This document shows, one piece after another, positions 6,356-12,763 of a stretch of 20,000 nucleotides of DNA. Made by a program: the position numbers and the translations under genes. The notes under the pieces are model-generated. The model saw only the letters and a program-made list of their open reading frames with translations. It did no database searches and was not told the origin of the DNA. The stretch is from an uncultured virus (IMG/VR IMGVR_UViG_3300027851_001141) (lineage: Duplodnaviria; Heunggongvirae; Uroviricota; Caudoviricetes): the IMG/VR virus record IMGVR_UViG_3300027851_001141; one strand, written 5' to 3'. Positions within the stretch are counted from its first letter, which is position 1. Each line of letters starts with the position of its first letter.

Positions 6356-6835
6356 TCAGTCCGGAAGAGAAGAGAGCGCCTCCGCGATGGCGGCGCGGTT
6401 CTTTGCCAGCTTGGACAGTTCGTCTTGGATGTCCATGTAGAGAATCGAGGTGGGCCCCACCAGAGCACCGCCTCCCCCGAACTCTCCCGGTCGCATTTTG
6501 GAGCAGGTGTAGGACCACGTGAAAACGATGCACTCGTTGGGGCGGAACTTCTGGAGGAAATCCTGAAGAAGTCCAGCCATCACGTCGATTTGTCCGCCTT
6601 CTTCGCAGAAGATGACCAGTTGGTTACCTTCCTTTTCGTAGTTCCACCCCCACCCTTCTTCACAGAGTTGCTTTTCGATATCTGTGAACTCGTGCTCTTC
6701 GTCGTCTTCCAGGAGCAGTTCGTGCTCTCCGCTGACGATGGCTTCGTACCACACCATCTTCTCGATGAGGAACTTGCCCTCCTCTTCGTTGCGAAGATCG
6801 ATCTGGAACGAGCTTTGTTGGTAGTTGTTCGCCAT
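6356..6835 (-). CDS. Conserved hypothetical protein (W..TCSK.R.GEFGGG motif)
   Basis: AAGGA SD; motif pattern recalled from phage/mobile-element hypotheticals. Confidence 0.85.
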   Translation of the reverse strand: MANNYQQSSFQIDLRNEEEGKFLIEKMVWYEAIVSGEHELLLEDDEEHEFTDIEKQLCEEGWGWNYEKEGNQLVIFCEEGGQIDVMAGLLQDFLQKFRPNECIVFTWSYTCSKMRPGEFGGGGALVGPTSILYMDIQDELSKLAKNRAAIAEALSSLPD

Positions 6836-6848
6836 TATTTTCTTCCTT

Positions 6849-7160
6849 TCAGTGAATGAATCCTTCGCACCCGATCACTCGTCCCTCGGAATCCCGAACG
6901 AGACGACCCGGAGAAACCAGGTCCACTCGGGGCGAAGTTGCCTTCACCACCGCCGAGACGATGTAGAGCACACCATTTTCTTGCGGCGGAAGACCCTCAA
7001 CCGCTCCTATTTCGGAGCGGTAGATCGGAATGTTGTCGATGACGTCCACACACTTTGTGAACTGTTCCACCCTTGCGCATCCCTCGGAAGGAAAGGTTTT
7101 TTCTTCCGCCTCTCCGTTGAAGACGACGATGGTGTGAGGGGTGAGGTTGATGAATCTCAT
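6849..7160 (-). CDS. Conserved phage protein (INLTPH...GLP...YIVS...VRD..G..IGC family)
   Basis: Start reassigned to ATG 7160 (GGAG SD); widespread phage hypothetical motif. Confidence 0.85.
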   Translation of the reverse strand: MRFINLTPHTIVVFNGEAEEKTFPSEGCARVEQFTKCVDVIDNIPIYRSEIGAVEGLPPQENGVLYIVSAVVKATSPRVDLVSPGRLVRDSEGRVIGCEGFIH

Positions 7161-7164
7161 TGTT

Positions 7165-7638
7165 TCACTCCGGGAGAAGGCCGAGCACTTTACGAAGAAG
7201 TGACCGGGGGCTGCGCACCGAGATTTTGTCTCGGAACGAGTCATTCGGGTTCCTCGACGCGATCCACTGGTCTTCGTCGTCGAGGTAGTCGGGACAGAGA
7301 TTGTGGCACTTGCCCTTTTCGATCATGAAGACGACCTTCGCAGCGAGCCACTCTTGAACGGACTCGTATTCCGTTCGGTCGTACTTCTTGCGATAGTCCC
7401 AGGACGCCTTCTCGGGGATGACCAGGAAGTACTCTCCTTCGGGAAGAAGAGCCTGGATGGCCTGAATGTCCCCGAGGTCGAGGTCACCCCATCCGATTTC
7501 CACTCCGAGTCGGTTGTACCACCGGGCGTTGTGGAAATATTCCTTCGCCCTGATTTGCCCCTCTTGAAGCATGAACTGAATGTCCATGCTCGGATCGTGC
7601 TGGAATCGATCGAACATTCGTGCGGTGAGTAGCGACAT
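7165..7638 (-). CDS. Hypothetical protein (157 aa)
   Basis: AAGGAGGTG SD, promoter 7659-7674. Confidence 0.8.
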   Translation of the reverse strand: MSLLTARMFDRFQHDPSMDIQFMLQEGQIRAKEYFHNARWYNRLGVEIGWGDLDLGDIQAIQALLPEGEYFLVIPEKASWDYRKKYDRTEYESVQEWLAAKVVFMIEKGKCHNLCPDYLDDEDQWIASRNPNDSFRDKISVRSPRSLLRKVLGLLPE

Positions 7639-7658
7639 TGGCCACCTCCTTCCCCCTC

Positions 7659-7674
7659 TATTATGTCCAGGGTT
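7659..7674 (-). promoter_or_regulatory. Phage promoter motif AACCCTGGACATAATA
   Basis: Matches consensus. Confidence 0.85.
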
Positions 7675-7676
7675 GT

Positions 7677-7702
7677 GTCACTGCGAGGTTTCTCGCAGTG
7701 AC
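7677..7702. repeat. CTGCGAG/CTCGCAG-family palindrome (possibly also the terminator of the kinase-like gene)
   Basis: gtcactgcgag-gttt-ctcgcagtgac. Confidence 0.8.
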
Positions 7703-7709
7703 GAAGGCG

Positions 7710-8135
7710 CTAGTAAGCCCAATCATACGCCTTAAGGGAACCGTCTTTTGAGTATCCCACCTGACAACAATCTACTGAGAAAGCCCAATCGGGCAGGTTT
7801 GCCCACTCGCCTTCATAAGGGCTGATGTATTCCATAATCAGCACAGGTATTCCCAAACTTTTGGAAATTTCATCGTTGTACCCACACCGAGCTAGCCAAT
7901 GTTTTTGGGTTTTCCACGTAGAAGATTCGTAATAGTTTGCCTCGAATCCGTCCGATCCCTTGGGCAACTTGATCACGAAATCATCGTTAAGGCGAAAGGC
8001 CACACGGTTACGGCCTTCTCCTATGGGTTCTCCGTAAAGTTCTTTTAGCTTTTGAAAGGCGACTTCTACTAGCTTTTCTAAATCTTCTTCGGTTTCTACC
8101 TGAACTCGGTGTTTGGTATTCTTTCTCAGAATCAT
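7710..8135 (-). CDS. Minimal protein-kinase-like (PKL fold) protein
   Basis: IGEGRNRVAF Gly loop, VIK lysine, NYYE helix C, LIMEY hinge, D...QVG catalytic-loop-like segment, terminal DW; start at ATG 8135 inferred. Confidence 0.7.
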   Translation of the reverse strand: MILRKNTKHRVQVETEEDLEKLVEVAFQKLKELYGEPIGEGRNRVAFRLNDDFVIKLPKGSDGFEANYYESSTWKTQKHWLARCGYNDEISKSLGIPVLIMEYISPYEGEWANLPDWAFSVDCCQVGYSKDGSLKAYDWAY

Positions 8136-8196
8136 ATTACCGCCATTAACGAAGAAAGAGCGCACGGCCGTGCAGTTAAAAGGCCATGAGGACCAG

Positions 8197-8241
8197 GTTA
8201 AACGCCAACAGCCCCCTAGCTAACTGCTAGGGGGCTGTTGG
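8197..8241 (-). terminator. Intrinsic terminator (16-bp stem)
   Basis: ccaacagccccctagc-taact-gctagggggctgttgg plus gttaaac. Confidence 0.85.
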
Positions 8242-8440
8242 GCTTGTGCAGCATATCCACAAGGTGGGCCATGCATCTTTCGACTGGCCTTTCGCTTGAA
8301 GACTTGGCGATTCTCCATTAGCATTTCTGCCAACTTCTACGTTTCGTTGCTCCTCAAACTACCGAAATACCCTTGTCTACGAGCATAGGGGAAACGCTCT
8401 GTGACGCTCTACCTTTCTCGCTAGCACTCGTGGTATTTCT
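8242..8440 (-). ncRNA. Putative ~200-nt structured RNA downstream of tRNA-Lys
   Basis: Stems GAAATACC/GGTATTTC, GTTTGAGGA/TCTTCAAGC, GGCCA/TGGCC and CTTGTG/CACAAG; GAAA tetraloops; no SD-supported ORF. Confidence 0.6.
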
Positions 8441-8445
8441 AAGGG

Positions 8446-8518
8446 TGGGACCGGCGGGACTCGAACCCGCGACCGATGGATTAAAAGTCCACTGCTCTAC
8501 CAACTGAGCTACGGTCCC
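8446..8518 (-). tRNA. trnK: tRNA-Lys(UUU), CCA not encoded (ends A-CCC)
   Basis: GGGACCG/CGGTCCC acceptor stem, GCTC/GAGC D-arm, CTTTTAA anticodon loop, GCGGG-TTCGAGT-CCCGC T-arm. Confidence 0.97.
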
Positions 8519-8522
8519 AGAA

Positions 8523-8594
8523 GTGGACACCCGAGGTGCGGGTCGGGTGTCCACGGAATGACCTAGAGGGAAAGGAGGGGAAACCTCTAGGTCA
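8523..8594 (-). other. Twin perfect hairpins with C-rich loops (possible sRNA)
   Basis: 12-bp and 11-bp perfect stems; minus-strand loops CCCGCACC and TTTCCCCTCCTTTC. Confidence 0.7.
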
Positions 8595-8599
8595 CGTAT

Positions 8600-8845
8600 T
8601 CACTTCTTGGGGATCGAGAGGAAGCGTCCCTTGGGGTCGCGGAAGGTCGCCCCCTCGGCACGGGCCTTCCGGAACGCGTCGCCGATCGAGACGGCGACCT
8701 TCTGCTCGACCTGCGTCTCCCGGTAGGCACGCATGTTCTTGCGCTCTTCGTTGCGCTTCACCTTCCGCTCGTGACTTCCGAGGATCTTCGGAAGACGAAG
8801 GCGGAGTTCCTCGGGGGAGAGACGCTTGGCGTGAGGCTGATTCAT
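8600..8845 (-). CDS. Small basic (Arg/Lys-rich) protein, first gene of the tRNA/ncRNA unit
   Basis: GGAGGT SD, promoter 8889-8904. Confidence 0.8.
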   Translation of the reverse strand: MNQPHAKRLSPEELRLRLPKILGSHERKVKRNEERKNMRAYRETQVEQKVAVSIGDAFRKARAEGATFRDPKGRFLSIPKK

Positions 8846-8888
8846 GATTATTACCTCCGGTGTGGCCGTCGTGGCCGGTGACTCACTT

Positions 8889-8904
8889 TACTATGGACAG
8901 GGTT
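8889..8904 (-). promoter_or_regulatory. Phage promoter motif AACCCTGTCCATAGTA
   Basis: Matches consensus. Confidence 0.85.
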
Positions 8905-8908
8905 CGAC

Positions 8909-9025
8909 CTACTTGAAGATTCCTTCCGGGCAACGGAAGTGTCGGTCGCTCACTTTGCCACGGAGACGGATCGTGTAGACCCATTCCCCGCACAGAAACG
9001 TTCGTCGCTTTCGTCGCTTGTTCAC
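8909..9025 (-). CDS. Small basic hypothetical protein (38 aa, GTG start)
   Basis: AGGAGG SD inside the end of the upstream gene; TAGTG overlap. Confidence 0.55.
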   Translation of the reverse strand: MNKRRKRRTFLCGEWVYTIRLRGKVSDRHFRCPEGIFK

Positions 9026-9408
9026 TATTCCTCCTGGGCCTTGAGGAAGGCCTGGTTCACGCGGTCCAAGATTTCCTCTTCGGTGTCTCCCGAATCCCAG
9101 CCAGGACAAGGTTCGCAACGGTCGGCATCCACCAACTTGAGAATGAAATCTCTGGCGTCGGCGTCGAGCGTGGTTCCTACCGAAGCGTACACCACAGTGT
9201 TGCCACGAAAGAAAACCCACAAGTCGTGCTCTGGTTCCGCTCTCGAAACCTCTTGGGGAAGGACACCATCGATGTAGTGCCAGTCCGTGATGACTCCGTT
9301 CCTTTGAAGGTTTTCAGAGAGAGCCTCACTCACGAGGTCTTCCGGTGCCTGCTCCTCTTCGATCTCGAAGAGAATCGAAACGTTTGCTCTGTAGGTTACC
9401 TTGGCCAT
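9025..9408 (-). CDS. Hypothetical acidic protein (127 aa)
   Basis: GGAG SD, operon tiling. Confidence 0.8.
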   Translation of the reverse strand: MAKVTYRANVSILFEIEEEQAPEDLVSEALSENLQRNGVITDWHYIDGVLPQEVSRAEPEHDLWVFFRGNTVVYASVGTTLDADARDFILKLVDADRCEPCPGWDSGDTEEEILDRVNQAFLKAQEE

Positions 9409-9409
9409 T

Positions 9410-9712
9410 TCACGCTCCGTGAGCCTGCTCGACCTGGCAGGTTTGCTCTCCCTTGGAAAGCTCTTTGCAGATCCAGTAGCACCTTCCGTAGTCGCATTCC
9501 TCGGAAGCGATCACCGAAACTCCGGTGATGTTGGCGATCTGCGCCGCGAAAAGAATCGAGATCGGATGCTTGTTCACCCAATCCGTTCCTTGACAGTCGG
9601 GATGTTCTCGAAGGACTTTGAGAGCCTTCTCGAAGGAGTAGATGACTCCGCTCAAGTTGCTCGCACTCTGCACGTCCAGAGCGGCCTTCGCCGCCTCTTG
9701 CAAGGTCTTCAT
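9410..9712 (-). CDS. Conserved phage hypothetical protein (ALDVQ.A.NLSG motif)
   Basis: AAGGAG SD; start at 9712 or 9718. Confidence 0.8.
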   Translation of the reverse strand: MKTLQEAAKAALDVQSASNLSGVIYSFEKALKVLREHPDCQGTDWVNKHPISILFAAQIANITGVSVIASEECDYGRCYWICKELSKGEQTCQVEQAHGA

Positions 9713-9714
9713 GA

Positions 9715-9957
9715 TCATTCTCCTTGTGGTTGCTGAAACCAGAACTCTTGAGGCAGGGGCTCACCCGTGTAAATGTCCCACAGCCATTCTCCGTCCATGC
9801 CTCCCTTGCAGATTCGTACGAGTCCGTACTCGTCCACGGGGATCTCCTCTTTCGCACACCTGCTCTCGAAGAGCTGGTCGGCGTCCCGGCGGGAGTCGGC
9901 CTGAAAATAGTAGCCGTGACTCCCGTCGTTGTGCTCGTACATGAAAGTGTACTTCAT
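9715..9957 (-). CDS. Hypothetical protein (MKYTFMYEH...)
   Basis: GAGGTG SD. Confidence 0.8.
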   Translation of the reverse strand: MKYTFMYEHNDGSHGYYFQADSRRDADQLFESRCAKEEIPVDEYGLVRICKGGMDGEWLWDIYTGEPLPQEFWFQQPQGE

Positions 9958-9965
9958 GATTCACC

Positions 9966-10217
9966 TCACATATGACGTGCAAGCGCCAAGGCCGACGCCC
10001 GACGCCAATGCAACGACGCCCGTCTCTCCCAAAGAAAGGTCACGGCCGCAATCAGCTCTTGGCGGATTTCGTCCGAGCAACTGATACGCTCACACACAAG
10101 TGCCAGTTCGACGTGGAGTGTCTCAGCCTCTGCGCGGTTGACGATATCAGCGGCTAGGCGGGAGATAGTCAGAGTGGAGAGCAGCATAGTGTGTTCGTAG
10201 GTGAAGGTGTACTTCAT
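9966..10217 (-). CDS. Hypothetical protein (MKYTFTYEH...), shares its N-terminus with the next gene
   Basis: ORF tiling; 23/27 nt identity with 9931-9957. Confidence 0.6.
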   Translation of the reverse strand: MKYTFTYEHTMLLSTLTISRLAADIVNRAEAETLHVELALVCERISCSDEIRQELIAAVTFLWERRASLHWRRASALALARHM

Positions 10218-10219
10218 GG

Positions 10220-10450
10220 TCAGAACCGATCGAAAGCGTCGAGAGCACGGAACACGTCTCCAATGTCGCTTCGCGTTACGACCTCGTTCCCGATGCAGAA
10301 GCCTCCGACGTTTCCATCCATTTCCGTGTCGGAAAGAACGCGGCCACAGAAGTCTCTGGCACTGAAAGCCAGGTTGGCACCGAACGTCCCGTTCGTGACG
10401 TAGTAGCCGTGAATGGAACCGATGCGAGTGTTGGGGTTGATGACGATCAT
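10220..10450 (-). CDS. Hypothetical protein (76 aa)
   Basis: AGGAGG SD, promoter 10468-10483. Confidence 0.85.
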   Translation of the reverse strand: MIVINPNTRIGSIHGYYVTNGTFGANLAFSARDFCGRVLSDTEMDGNVGGFCIGNEVVTRSDIGDVFRALDAFDRF

Positions 10451-10467
10451 TGTTTCCTCCTGGCCTT

Positions 10468-10483
10468 TACTATGTTGAGGGTT
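10468..10483 (-). promoter_or_regulatory. Phage promoter motif AACCCTCAACATAGTA
   Basis: Matches consensus. Confidence 0.85.
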
Positions 10484-10492
10484 CGTCTTTCC

Positions 10493-10526
10493 TTAAACGA
10501 GACAAGGCCCTTTCGGGCCGAGTCTC
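10493..10526 (-). terminator. Intrinsic terminator (GGCCC-GAAA-GGGCC)
   Basis: Stem plus ttaaac. Confidence 0.75.
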
Positions 10527-10713
10527 AGTCTTCGTGGTGAGTGAAGCCGAAGGTACCCACCTTGTTCCCGTTCGCATCCATGACGGGGAGGTCTTCGATG
10601 GCCCTGGCTGGAAGAGAGGTCATTTTCTCCACGATCTTTTCGAGAGACTCGATGATGTGGCGCTTGTAGCGCATGGCATCGTTGCCCATCGTGATCTCGA
10701 CCTTGAACTTCAT
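10525..10713 (-). CDS. Hypothetical protein (MKFKVEITMGNDA...D.NGNKVG)
   Basis: GGAG SD, ATGA overlap; familiar small phage protein pattern. Confidence 0.75.
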   Translation of the reverse strand: MKFKVEITMGNDAMRYKRHIIESLEKIVEKMTSLPARAIEDLPVMDANGNKVGTFGFTHHED

Positions 10714-10968
10714 GACTTCAACTCCATTTCTTCCACGTAGTAGTAGAATCGTTGGTGGTTTCGGGTGTCGGGGTGATTCGTGAGAGGGTGCCCACCGAAA
10801 AGCTTTTCCCCGTCCTCGTCGCAAGCCTTCTGTGCCGCTTCGTAGGTGAGGAACGCGCCCAGATAGGTGACGAAATTTGTCGGGGTGCTTCTCGGTCTTG
10901 GTCGCAACGAAGACTTGGCGACAAGGCTCCGGCTCTGCCTCGGTCCCTTCGAGAAGGGACGTCACCAT
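10710..10968 (-). pseudogene. Gene split by a +1 frameshift near 10870-10878 (indel, sequencing error or programmed shift)
   Basis: N-terminal frame ...QVFVATKTEKHPDKF continues sensibly in the +1 frame as VTYLGAFLTYEAAQKAC... Confidence 0.6.
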
Positions 10969-11234
10969 GCTCTGGATTCCGCGTACCAATTCATGAGAAT
11001 GGCGGTGAGGTGTCCGTGAACGTCATAGATGGGATCGAGAAGGTCACCGTTTTCGTTGGTGACCTTCGTGATCTCCAGCACTTCGACGAGAGCCTTTCTC
11101 GCCTCGGGCCCGAAGATCGAGCCTGTCCAGAACTCGCCTTTCGCCTCGGCTCGTTCCTTGCTCTGTTCCAGAGTGAAGTCGATGGTCGCGATGACCCTCT
11201 CGATTTCTTTGCGAATGTCCTTGGGCTTGGTCAT
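10962..11234 (-). CDS. Hypothetical protein (MTKPKDIRKE...)
   Basis: Start reassigned to ATG 11234 (AAGGA SD), downstream of tRNA-like RNA 2. Confidence 0.8.
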   Translation of the reverse strand: MTKPKDIRKEIERVIATIDFTLEQSKERAEAKGEFWTGSIFGPEARKALVEVLEITKVTNENGDLLDPIYDVHGHLTAILMNWYAESRAW

Positions 11235-11261
11235 GATTATTTTCCTTTCCTTTTGGAACAC

Positions 11262-11392
11262 TGGCCCCCTGGGATGGACTTGAACCACCACTTTCCTTAC
11301 CTCGCATCGAAAGTTGCAGCTAACGATGCGAGACTGTGCTCTGCGTCTGCAAACACTTCGCACGGACGTTCTGCCAATTAAACTACCAGGGG
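11262..11392 (-). ncRNA. tRNA-like RNA 2 (131 nt): acceptor, D and T arms + CCA, anticodon arm replaced by a 73-nt branched domain
   Basis: CCCCTGG/CCAGGGG-G-CCA; TA-GTTT-AATTGGCA-GAAC; GGTGG-TTCAAGT-CCATC; inner CTCGCATCG/CGATGCGAG stem. Confidence 0.85.
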
Positions 11393-11420
11393 ATAGGTGA
11401 AGCCTCATGGCCTCACCGTT

Positions 11421-11436
11421 TAGTATGAGCAGGGTT
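11421..11436 (-). promoter_or_regulatory. Phage promoter motif AACCCTGCTCATACTA
   Basis: Matches consensus; drives tRNA-like RNA 2. Confidence 0.85.
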
Positions 11437-11467
11437 GCTCAATCCAACACGTCTTCCTCCAAGATCA

Positions 11468-11797
11468 TCAGTCTAGACAGTAGGAAAGTTTTGCCTTGAC
11501 CTCTCGGCACAACTCGAAGGGGTTGTCCTCCCAGCCTCCTGTGTCGTACTCGGTGCTGCACGGATAATCGTGCTCAGCCCCCACGAGAAGGTGGTCATTC
11601 TCGAAATCCTCCAACTTGGAGTAGAGGTCTTCGATTTCGTGGTCGAACTTGGACCACTTGGCGTAGAGGAACAAGAAGAGAACCCCCTGCTCGTGCTCGT
11701 ACACCTCGTTTGCTTCCTTGAGGACCGGGTGATTACGCAACTCGTCCAGGGCTCGGCCCTTTTTGATTGCCAACCCAACGTCAGTTCGCGTTGACAT
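11468..11797 (-). CDS. Hypothetical acidic phage protein (109 aa)
   Basis: AAGGAG SD. Confidence 0.8.
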   Translation of the reverse strand: MSTRTDVGLAIKKGRALDELRNHPVLKEANEVYEHEQGVLFLFLYAKWSKFDHEIEDLYSKLEDFENDHLLVGAEHDYPCSTEYDTGGWEDNPFELCREVKAKLSYCLD

Positions 11798-12154
11798 TCA
11801 AACTCCTTGAGGATGGTGACTGCGGAAAAGATTCCGGTTGTCGATGCGCCCTGTGCTCCCCGTCACGAATGCGACGAGACTCTTCCGGAAAGCCTCTTCC
11901 GAGTAGAAGAGGTGCTCGAACTGGACGGCAGGCTGAGCGTCCTTTTCGTTGCCATTCACTGCCCAAATGGTGCAGTGAGGACGAGAAACCGTCCAAATTT
12001 TTCCGTGCTCTGTTTCTTCGACACCAGAGACGATCATGGCTCGGAATGCCCACGTTGGGCCGTACACCGACTCGACGTCCAGACACACCACGTCGCCAAT
12101 GCGAATCTCGGTTTCTTCGCAATAGATGCGAAACCCGTGCTTGTTGAACTGCAT
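11798..12154 (-). CDS. Hypothetical protein (MQFNKHGFRI...)
   Basis: Start reassigned to ATG 12154 (AAGGA SD); a start at 12229 is also possible. Confidence 0.7.
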   Translation of the reverse strand: MQFNKHGFRIYCEETEIRIGDVVCLDVESVYGPTWAFRAMIVSGVEETEHGKIWTVSRPHCTIWAVNGNEKDAQPAVQFEHLFYSEEAFRKSLVAFVTGSTGRIDNRNLFRSHHPQGV

Positions 12155-12231
12155 GATGACTATTCCTTTTTCCGTTGTAGGCTGTGGACCCTTGTCAATC
12201 AACCTTTGAAGTTTTAGATAGGCCCTCATGA

Positions 12232-12684
12232 TTAGTACATGAGAGAGCCACTCCCCCATCTTTCGGCGATGTGATCGTAGACGGCATTCCAGGTGCGGTC
12301 TTCGTCCTCGTCGTCCTCGTCGAGGTCGAGAAGGTTCGTCACCTCACGCAACAGTTCGGGGTGCTTCTCGATCATCCTTTCGACCGAACTGACGTGCATG
12401 TACGTCACTTGTTCGCAGTCGTACATGGAGCCGAGGATCTTTTCGTTGAGAGCTTCTCTTTGGTCTTCGGAGAGCCCGTCGATCTCTTCGTAGTCGTTGC
12501 TGATGAACACCAGGCAGTAGCTTGGCGTCAACTCGCAACAGTGAGTGTGGGAGTTGCGATCGAAAGCGTAAACTCCGTACATCGCTTTTGTCTGCTCGGC
12601 GATCTCGGGGTTCCACATGTCTCGTTCGTCGATCTTGATGAGACAGTAGTTCGGCTTGACCTCGGGCTTGGTTTCTTTGGCCAT
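12232..12684 (-). CDS. Hypothetical acidic protein (150 aa)
   Basis: AAGGAGG SD, promoter 12704-12719. Confidence 0.85.
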   Translation of the reverse strand: MAKETKPEVKPNYCLIKIDERDMWNPEIAEQTKAMYGVYAFDRNSHTHCCELTPSYCLVFISNDYEEIDGLSEDQREALNEKILGSMYDCEQVTYMHVSSVERMIEKHPELLREVTNLLDLDEDDEDEDRTWNAVYDHIAERWGSGSLMY

Positions 12685-12703
12685 GAAAGCCTCCTTCCCA
12701 CTC

Positions 12704-12719
12704 TATTATGGTCAGGGTT
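12704..12719 (-). promoter_or_regulatory. Phage promoter motif AACCCTGACCATAATA
   Basis: Matches consensus. Confidence 0.85.
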
Positions 12720-12725
12720 GCTGAG

Positions 12726-12756
12726 GTTAAACTAATAAGGGCCCCTGACAGGGCCC
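12726..12756 (-). terminator. Intrinsic terminator
   Basis: gggccc..gggccc stem plus gttaaac. Confidence 0.7.
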
Positions 12757-12763
12757 CCACTAG

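Noticed and set aside
8360..8440. T-box or lysine riboswitch next to tRNA-Lys
   Set aside because: No T-box UGGNACC antiterminator motif or lysine-riboswitch consensus is visible, and the element lies downstream of the tRNA.
8354..8554. 66-aa minus-strand ORF
   Set aside because: It is simply a translation through the tRNA-Lys gene and its flanking hairpins.
11262..11392. Intron-containing tRNA (Phe or Cys) or tmRNA
   Set aside because: Removing an intron at 37/38 leaves no U33 and a mismatched anticodon stem. The insert is too short for a group I intron and shows no clear bulge-helix-bulge. There is no G3-U70 or tag reading frame for tmRNA.
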